Positions 54,377-60,276 of a stretch of 60,276 nt of DNA are shown here, piece by piece (within the stretch, counting starts at the first letter, position 1; each line of letters starts with the position of its first letter). Below the pieces are notes generated by a model, which was not told the origin of the DNA, searched no databases, and saw only the letters and a program-made list of their open reading frames with translations. The position numbers and the translations under genes are program-made. This DNA is from a virus (lineage: Duplodnaviria > Caudoviricetes): positions 1-60,276 of IMG/VR virus record IMGVR_UViG_3300036859_000206; one strand, given 5' to 3'.

Positions 54377-55225
54377 CTATACCTGAGCGACCGCCCCGTG
54401 GATCAACCTCGCAATCAAATGCCCAGCCCGAAACCCCGCCCCATCCTTATCCGCATGGATCGTCACGCGCCGCCCACGCAACGGCGCCCAATCGGTCTTC
54501 GTGACCGCGTTGGAGCCACCCGCCCAGGTGACGACGCAGAACGAGGTGAGCTGTCCGGCGATCTCAGCTCGAGTTCGTTCGCCCTCGACGACGAGCACCT
54601 GTGCCGCCGGTCGTTCCGCGAGCTCGCGCAATCCCAGCAGCGGACGCGGTGCTGGCATCGTTACCCCGACGCACCACAGCTCGCGCCCGTCGGCATGTCG
54701 CGCGAACGTAACCTGTGGCGTGTACTTGCCGCCATCCTCGAACTTCCAGCGGATCACATACCCGTGGATCGCGCCGGCCGCATCGGTGTAGGCGTCGACG
54801 CGCTCGGGTTTCGATCGCATCTTCAGCCAGTCGTTGCGCTTGGCGTTCCAGAGTTTCGCCGGGTCCATCGGGATCGCTGGCGCCGGGATGATCGGCGTCC
54901 AGTCGGATGAGGTATCGGGCGGCAGTGGCGGGAGGATCGCGCGCGTGCGTTCGGGGAGTTCGTGGGCGCCTAGGCGGCGGCAGGCTTCGCGGAAGTCGAT
55001 CGACTCGACGTGCTGGAGGAAGCCCACGGCATCTTCCTGAAAACCGCATGAAAAACATCGCACGAACCCCTTGTGCGGCACGACGTAGAAACTCGGGTGA
55101 TGATCGGCGTGCGCTGGACACAGACCGACGTACTCGCGGCCGGACTTCTTCAGGTCGACATAGCGGCCGACGAGATCAGCGAGATCGACTTCGGCTAGCA
55201 GCGCATCCATATCGACGGCCATCAC
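54377..55225 (-). CDS. DnaG-like primase: CHC2 zinc finger plus truncated TOPRIM
   Basis: GLCPAHADHHPSF...CFSCG; VLVVEGE, TWAGGS, DWAPLRGR, HADKDGAG; ends before the final strand and DxxD motif. Confidence 0.9.
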   Translation of the reverse strand: MMAVDMDALLAEVDLADLVGRYVDLKKSGREYVGLCPAHADHHPSFYVVPHKGFVRCFSCGFQEDAVGFLQHVESIDFREACRRLGAHELPERTRAILPPLPPDTSSDWTPIIPAPAIPMDPAKLWNAKRNDWLKMRSKPERVDAYTDAAGAIHGYVIRWKFEDGGKYTPQVTFARHADGRELWCVGVTMPAPRPLLGLRELAERPAAQVLVVEGERTRAEIAGQLTSFCVVTWAGGSNAVTKTDWAPLRGRRVTIHADKDGAGFRAGHLIARLIHGAVAQV

Positions 55226-55241
55226 GCACCTCGCATCGCGA

Positions 55242-55415
55242 TCAGCGCCGAGAGGTCGTCAGGAAGCGGCGTAGATTGCGCCCACGACTACCGCGCACGG
55301 TACCGCCTTCGTTGACGTACACGACGCGTACGCCGTCTCCGAATACGGACCTTAGGTCGTCGGTCAGCCGCGCCGTAATCGGACACGCTGCACGGAGTAG
55401 GTCGCGTTCGGTCAT
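55242..55415 (-). CDS. Hypothetical protein
   Basis: AAGGA RBS; MTERDLLRAACP...RSVFGDGVRVVYVNEGG. Confidence 0.55.
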   Translation of the reverse strand: MTERDLLRAACPITARLTDDLRSVFGDGVRVVYVNEGGTVRGSRGRNLRRFLTTSRR

Positions 55416-55602
55416 CGCTTGAGTTCCTTTAGCAGATGGTACGGATTCTTGCCGCATTCGCCTGTCGGTCTGACCCATCGCGTGCGAGGCGTGCAGTACT
55501 TCTCCGCGCCGTTCATCAGGCGGATAGCGCCGCACCGATAGCACCACTCGGCATATGCGCCACAGATAAGCCACGACGAATAATGACGGCACCGCTTAGC
55601 AG

Positions 55603-55815
55603 TCACCACACCTTCTCCCATACAGTCACGCGTCGATACCCCAGCTCAGCCCCAACGCTCTTAGCAATTGGCTTATGTCCAGCACGCATCCCGGAGACAT
55701 AAGCCTCACTGATCCCAGCTCGCTCGGCAATACGGCGCGCTTGGCCTCGCACGCGGCAACGCTTTTGCAAAATGGCTCGCAAAATATCCCCGGTGATGTA
55801 TTGGCGACGTGCCAT
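55603..55815 (-). CDS. Cro-like HTH protein
   Basis: QARRIAERAGISEAYVSGM..G.KPI. Confidence 0.7.
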   Translation of the reverse strand: MARRQYITGDILRAILQKRCRVRGQARRIAERAGISEAYVSGMRAGHKPIAKSVGAELGYRRVTVWEKVW

Positions 55816-56038
55816 AACTAGGTCCTCTTATTCCGCTCGAACGTCTCGCGTGCCCGGTTGGTGGCGCAGAATGGGAGGCCATTCCAGCCCGATTTCTTGC
55901 GCCCGATCCGGCCAGCTTTTTGGCGATGCCAAAGGTCGGCGTTGTCGTTGACGTGGCGCGGTGGGCGGGGGTCGAGTTTTGGTGTCATCATGTCATCGTG
56001 GGCGGCGCGCCAGCCTCATCACTAGCGCGCGGTTGTTA

Positions 56039-57553
56039 TCACGCCTGCACTTCCGGGCGGTAATGTTCGCCGTACAGGCCAAACGTCGATGCGACTGCAT
56101 TTCGTGCCGTCAGCTTCTGCGCCCGCGCCTTCTCGTACCATTCCCGCCGCTGCTTCGCATTCAAAGACGGATGCGGAATCGGCTTCAACCCCGAATGCAG
56201 CCGCGAGAAGAATTCGCGCACGGTTCCATCCGGTTCAACGGTCGAATTGCGCATATGCAGCATCAGAATTGCTTCGTCGCCGATTTGCTTGCGCAGCAGC
56301 CGTACGCCGTACTCCTCGGCTTCGTCGATACACTCCGCGCCGGTATCCTTGACGTAGCGGGCCAGCCCGTAGCGCTCGACCATGATGCGGCGAATCTCCG
56401 CATTCGGCTCCGCATCTATCAGTGCCGGCGTAATCAGTTCCGGTTGTTCGATAATCCACTGCTCGACGCGAATACCGTGCCAGTGGTACAGCGACCAGCC
56501 GTCACGCCACCGATGCGATGGGCCATCTTCGCAGTGGGGCCGCGCGCGGTTATCCGTCTTGATGAACTCCGGGAAGTCGCTGACCATGCAGAAACGCTCA
56601 TGGACGATACGCCAGCTTCCGTTGATCGCGCAGGCTTCCCATGCCGCGTACTTATCGTGACACGGCAACGATAGTCCGAGAATGTCGCGCGCCGCAGTAA
56701 GGTACGCATCGTAGTCGGCGTAGTGGTTACCGCCGGTAGACATGTTCATGACGTTACCGACGCACGACAAAAGGAACGGCGCGTTGGCGGCGTCAATATC
56801 ACCAGCCATTAGCCGAACCCAAGCCAACGCCCCTTTCGCATCCCCTTTCGCATCCCCTTTCGCATCCCCGGTCGCATCCCTGGTCGCATCCCTGGTCGCA
56901 GCCCCGGTCGCAGCCACGGTCGCAGCCCCGGTCGCATCCCAGGTCGCAGCCACGGTCGCATCCCCGGTCGCATCCCCGGTCGCATCCCTGGTCGCATCCC
57001 TGGTCGCAGCCCTGGTCGCAGCCACGGTCGCATCCCTGGTCGCAGCCCAGGTCGCAGCCCTGGTCGCAGCCCCGGTCGCAGCCACGGTCGCATCCCCGGT
57101 CGCATCCCAGGTCGCAGCCACGGTCGCATCCCCGGTCGCATCCCCGGTCGCATTCCAGGTCGCATCCCCGGTCGCATCCCTGGTCGCATCCCTGGTCGCA
57201 GCCCTGGTCGCAGCCACGGTCGCATCCCCGGTCGCAGCCCCGGTCGCAGCCACGGTCGCAGCCCAGTTACCCATCGCCGAACTGCTCTTAGCCCGAAGAT
57301 GCCAGATAGCAGCAGCAAACCCGCTAGCAATCGCCATCACAAGCGGGCTCGGGACGACGACTACAATCGGCTCTTTCAGATTCGCAGCCGCGTATAGCGA
57401 CTTGATCGCCGGCACGATCTTGTCGGGTTCAATCGGATCGGTACGAAAGGCACGCCGAACCCACAGTTCGACATGCTCCTTCATACGCTGCTTCTCATCC
57501 TCTGTCAGCGGACCGCCGGCATAGGTCGGTGTGCGGATGAATTTCTCGGTCAT
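56039..57553 (-). CDS. DUF6745-like protein with a central 4-residue (ATxx) repeat tract
   Basis: VVVPSP N-domain; RPHCEDGPSHRWRDGWSLYHWHG...NAEIRRIMVERYG...NSTVEPDG...AVASTFG C-domain. Confidence 0.8.
   Translation of the reverse strand: MTEKFIRTPTYAGGPLTEDEKQRMKEHVELWVRRAFRTDPIEPDKIVPAIKSLYAAANLKEPIVVVVPSPLVMAIASGFAAAIWHLRAKSSSAMGNWAATVAATGAATGDATVAATRAATRDATRDATGDATWNATGDATGDATVAATWDATGDATVAATGAATRAATWAATRDATVAATRAATRDATRDATGDATGDATVAATWDATGAATVAATGAATRDATRDATGDAKGDAKGDAKGALAWVRLMAGDIDAANAPFLLSCVGNVMNMSTGGNHYADYDAYLTAARDILGLSLPCHDKYAAWEACAINGSWRIVHERFCMVSDFPEFIKTDNRARPHCEDGPSHRWRDGWSLYHWHGIRVEQWIIEQPELITPALIDAEPNAEIRRIMVERYGLARYVKDTGAECIDEAEEYGVRLLRKQIGDEAILMLHMRNSTVEPDGTVREFFSRLHSGLKPIPHPSLNAKQRREWYEKARAQKLTARNAVASTFGLYGEHYRPEVQA
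56831..57264. repeat. About 36 copies of a degenerate 12-bp tandem repeat (GGTCGCA[T/G]CCNN)
   Basis: Directly visible; encodes ATGD/ATRD/ATVA/ATWD/ATRA units. Confidence 0.95.
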
Positions 57554-57559
57554 GGCGGC

Positions 57560-57928
57560 TTAGTCCTGAACTAGGCGCACTTCGTCGTCGGCCAGTGCTT
57601 CACGCTGGATGATGACGAGGTAGTTGCCGGGGGGCACCGCGATATCGTGATGGTCGCCGGTCGGGCGGCCATCGTGCTCGATGTGCTTGAGGCTGGTCTC
57701 GCGGATGACCTTGAGCGCGCGCTCGACGACGTTGTTGGCGTCGGTCATGGTGAACTCGGTGACGTCGGCGGCGTCCATGCAATGACTGTGCCCGCTGCTT
57801 TCGCCAAGCGCTAGCGTAATGCGTTTGCCGGTTGGCTTGACCTTCTGCGCGTTGGTCAGTGCGGACAACGGCAGGAGCATAACGTCTCCTTGACGGACCA
57901 TCTTCGACTCGACTTTCTTACGTGCCAT
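57560..57928 (-). CDS. Usual upstream partner of DUF6745 proteins (RQGDV...GE.SGHSH...H..I..PPG.Y....QRE)
   Basis: His-rich motif pattern and adjacency; AGGAG RBS. Confidence 0.75.
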   Translation of the reverse strand: MARKKVESKMVRQGDVMLLPLSALTNAQKVKPTGKRITLALGESSGHSHCMDAADVTEFTMTDANNVVERALKVIRETSLKHIEHDGRPTGDHHDIAVPPGNYLVIIQREALADDEVRLVQD

Positions 57929-58469
57929 TTCGTACTCCTAGGTGCCGCGCTTGCGGCGTTGGTTTAGGACATCGCTTGCCTGCTAGGCGCGTGGCGTATG
58001 CTTTGACACGCGACCAGTCCAGCGGATGCACCCACAGTTGGCGGAGGACGCACCCGAGAGCGCGCATCGGCCTGTCGTCTTTGTTCCATGGCCGGAAGGC
58101 GCGCAGAGCGTCAACATCCGGCCATGTGCCGGTAAACGTGATTGCGCGATCGTCGATCGAAATGAGCGCGGGAGGCTTCGTGAGTGGGAATTCGATTGCG
58201 GCTATGAGGGTACTCGGCCACTGCGGTTCGCTGCCATTCGACTGTGCCTCAATCTCGCGTTCCATCCATGTGCGCATCGCGTCAATGCCGCCGTCTTGGT
58301 TCGATCGTGTGCTGAACACCATAATGCGAAAATGTTTTACGGCCTCACGTAAGAACGTAGCCGCACCAGGAACCATCGGGTCCGGTATTACGTCCGCGCC
58401 CTTCCATCTGCTCGTGTAGCTGTGCAAAACGCCGTCGAAGTCTAGGCACAGGATCGGCTTGTCGCTCAT
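57918..58469 (-). CDS. HAD-superfamily phosphatase (PNKP/nucleotidase-like)
   Basis: CLDFDGVLH (DxD), VFSTR, KP, IDDRA; GGAGG RBS. Confidence 0.82.
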   Translation of the reverse strand: MSDKPILCLDFDGVLHSYTSRWKGADVIPDPMVPGAATFLREAVKHFRIMVFSTRSNQDGGIDAMRTWMEREIEAQSNGSEPQWPSTLIAAIEFPLTKPPALISIDDRAITFTGTWPDVDALRAFRPWNKDDRPMRALGCVLRQLWVHPLDWSRVKAYATRLAGKRCPKPTPQARHLGVRNGT

Positions 58470-58491
58470 ACCTTCCTCCAATTTTACAGGC

Positions 58492-58692
58492 TCACAGATC
58501 GAACCCATCGCGGAATAACTGATCCGGACGACAATCCACCACCCCGCTAAGCTGATTCCCAGGGACACTCAGCGCCACCCCAGACACCGAGCACCCCGCC
58601 GTCCCAACCGTCGTGCCGTCGAGTAGGCGGATGGTGATATTCGAGGTCGTGGCCGGCGTGTATAGCGCCAGCAGGATCACGAGAAGGTTCAT
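58492..58692 (-). CDS. Small exported protein with C-terminal DQLFRDGFD motif
   Basis: Hydrophobic N-terminus MNLLVILLAL; ATGA overlap. Confidence 0.55.
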   Translation of the reverse strand: MNLLVILLALYTPATTSNITIRLLDGTTVGTAGCSVSGVALSVPGNQLSGVVDCRPDQLFRDGFDL

Positions 58693-59153
58693 GATGCCCT
58701 GATTTCCCAAAGGGTGCGCGCGACTCCTCCGCTTCCGACAGGATCGCGGAGTTCCTTTAGCTTGACGCTCGATCCGTGCCACGAACCGCGTGCCGGCAAA
58801 TCCTTGACCTTGACGAAGCCGGCGGCGCGCAACGATGCGCCACTTTCACCGGCCTCCGTGTAGGTGATCGCGCGCACGTAACCCATCGCTTTCGCCGCGC
58901 GCCAGCTGGCGCCATAGAGCATGGAGTTCGCGTTGCGGCTGCCGTCCGTGCACGTGCGGTTTATCTCGACCGTGAACCCGTCATCGAAAGCGCGCGCGAT
59001 CGGCCGCCCTGACGATGCTACGCCGACGATCACGCCATCGATCGCGACTGCAATGCTGAACTTGTGCCCACGCGGCGGCTTGCTGTGCCGGTGATGCTGC
59101 GCGACGAAAGCGCAAGCGGCCCGGAACGTGATCGGTTGGATTCGCAGCGACAT
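58689..59153 (-). CDS. XF1762-family (Mom-like GNAT) protein
   Basis: PITF..AC.FV..HHRH..PPRGHKFS, GRPIARAFDDG, E..R.CTDG, S.LYGA, TYT...ESGASLRAAG. Confidence 0.8.
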   Translation of the reverse strand: MSLRIQPITFRAACAFVAQHHRHSKPPRGHKFSIAVAIDGVIVGVASSGRPIARAFDDGFTVEINRTCTDGSRNANSMLYGASWRAAKAMGYVRAITYTEAGESGASLRAAGFVKVKDLPARGSWHGSSVKLKELRDPVGSGGVARTLWEIRAS

Positions 59154-59277
59154 GATTAGGCGAATGCGCGGCCGGCGAGTAGGGCTATGGCGGTGACGAG
59201 GATTGCGGCGGCGATAAACGCGAGCCGCTTCCTACGCTCGTTCTGACGCACGATGGCGGCCATGGTGAAGTAGTCGC

Positions 59278-59610
59278 TCATGTGCGGCTGATCCGCTCGT
59301 ATTCGGCAAGCAGCAACGCGCCAGCCTTAGCGATTTCACGCAGGCGCCCTTCCTTCGTTCCGGCGCTCGGCTTGTAGCTAGACGCGGACCATGGCCACCA
59401 CCAGAGCGCGCCTTTCGGATGGACCATCGACATGAGCAGTTCTCGGCTGTCCGGCGGCATCGCGTAGCAAACGGCCGCCATCGCGATTTCACCCTGGGTA
59501 TGCGTGTCGTCGTGTTCGGGGTCGTAACCTTCAACGCACACTTGCCGGTGGCGCTCGACGCGGAACGCGAGGACCGCGCCTGCCATCTCTGATTCTTGCT
59601 TCGGTGTCAT
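59278..59610 (-). CDS. Conserved phage protein (ERxRQ..EG..PEHDD / WPW / KAGALLLAE family)
   Basis: Motif pattern; function unknown. Confidence 0.7.
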   Translation of the reverse strand: MTPKQESEMAGAVLAFRVERHRQVCVEGYDPEHDDTHTQGEIAMAAVCYAMPPDSRELLMSMVHPKGALWWWPWSASSYKPSAGTKEGRLREIAKAGALLLAEYERISRT

Positions 59611-59611
59611 G

Positions 59612-59779
59612 TCAGTCAATCCAATACGCATCATCAATCGCGTGATGCCCGCATTTCGAGCACACGGCCGTACCGTAGCTGCCGTCTTCCGGCGCGTACC
59701 ACTCCGAGTAATCGTGGTCGGTGCCGTCTGGGCATTTTAGGCGTGGGCCGCATGTGTGGATGGTTATGGGATCGGTCAT
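59612..59779 (-). CDS. Small Zn-binding protein
   Basis: GGAGG RBS; C....HDY....CSKCG. Confidence 0.55.
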   Translation of the reverse strand: MTDPITIHTCGPRLKCPDGTDHDYSEWYAPEDGSYGTAVCSKCGHHAIDDAYWID

Positions 59780-59783
59780 TGGA

Positions 59784-60143
59784 TTAGTCCTCCAACACGA
59801 CAAGCGCGACACGTTTGCGGGCTTCGACCAACGCCAGCAGCTCCTTGCGATCTTTCTGGACGTCGCTCAGGATGAACTTGCTGTCCGGGAACACGCGACC
59901 GACGAGACCTCGTGCAATTCGCGCCTCGCACGCCTGATGCGCCGTGACGGCCTCGTACTCGACGCAATACTTGGCCGCTTCCTCCAACTCCGCGACGCGG
60001 GCCTTGAGCGCTTCGTAATCCTGCCGAGTCATGATCGCAATCTGCGTTGTACCGGGTAGTGGCGTACGCGAATCCCAATCGGCGACCGCAATGTCGTCAC
60101 CGCTTCTCGGTGGCCAAAAGACAGCCCAGGCTTCGGTAATCAT
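59784..60143 (-). CDS. Hypothetical protein sharing its last 46 aa with the junction-spanning gene
   Basis: GGAGG RBS supplied by the repeat; tail ARIARGLVGRVF...VVLED. Confidence 0.7.
   Translation of the reverse strand: MITEAWAVFWPPRSGDDIAVADWDSRTPLPGTTQIAIMTRQDYEALKARVAELEEAAKYCVEYEAVTAHQACEARIARGLVGRVFPDSKFILSDVQKDRKELLALVEARKRVALVVLED
59786..59926. repeat. 141-bp perfect direct repeat, copy A (copy B = 60150-60276 + 90-103 across the junction)
   Basis: agtcctccaacacg...gcaattcgcgcct is identical in both copies. Confidence 0.93.
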
Positions 60144-60276
60144 TTACTCAGTCCTCCAACACGACAAGCGCGACACGTTTGCGGGCTTCGACCAACGCCA
60201 GCAGCTCCTTGCGATCTTTCTGGACGTCGCTCAGGATGAACTTGCTGTCCGGGAACACGCGACCGACGAGACCTCG

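Noticed and set aside
56831-57264. Possible CRISPR array
   Set aside because: Contiguous 12-bp units without unique spacers, in frame in a CDS; no cas genes.
56742-57524. Alternative-frame repeat ORFs (VAS/VAA and MRPG repeats)
   Set aside because: By-products of the stop-free 12-bp repeat; only the 504-aa frame has flanking domains.
59786-60276. DGR template/variable repeat pair
   Set aside because: Copies are identical with no adenine-specific mismatches, and no reverse transcriptase is present.
60188-60276. Biological terminal repeat of the virion DNA
   Set aside because: Falls mid-gene and inside an internal repeat; more likely an assembler overlap than a packaged terminus.

Overview
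This window looks like a complete, circularly assembled ~60.2 kb genome of a GC-rich tailed dsDNA phage: bases 1-89 repeat exactly at 60188-60276. It is podovirus-like, with a P22-type portal, an N4-gp56/DUF4043-type major capsid protein, large ejection-type proteins and no tape-measure or sheath gene. The host is probably a proteobacterium (inference). Most genes are on the minus strand. Modules: replication (CHC2/TOPRIM primase, VapE-type helicase, SF2 helicase, VRR-NUC), recombination (YqaJ exonuclease + RecT), three DNA methyltransferases plus an XF1762/Mom-like protein, lysis (GH19 endolysin, holin-like protein, spanins), tail fibres, terminase, head, tail, and a tRNA-Gly(UCC). I see no integrase, partition system, CRISPR or reverse transcriptase. 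Most interesting: (1) a 1921-aa putative ejected polyvalent protein with a GGDEF-type diguanylate-cyclase domain and an HExxGH peptidase domain, whose linkers carry nested +1-frame small genes, one with a perfect 13-nt Shine-Dalgarno. (2) Other possible host signalling/biofilm proteins: CsrA-like protein with twin hairpins in the capsid leader, TM-PAS, LapG-like peptidase and a Gp49/Acb4-like sponge. (3) A primase apparently split inside its TOPRIM domain by a methyltransferase gene. (4) An XerCD dif-like site in an integrase-less phage. (5) An orphan HicB whose C-terminal peptide duplicates that of the upstream helicase with recoded codons. All family calls come from reading motifs by eye; no database search was run.
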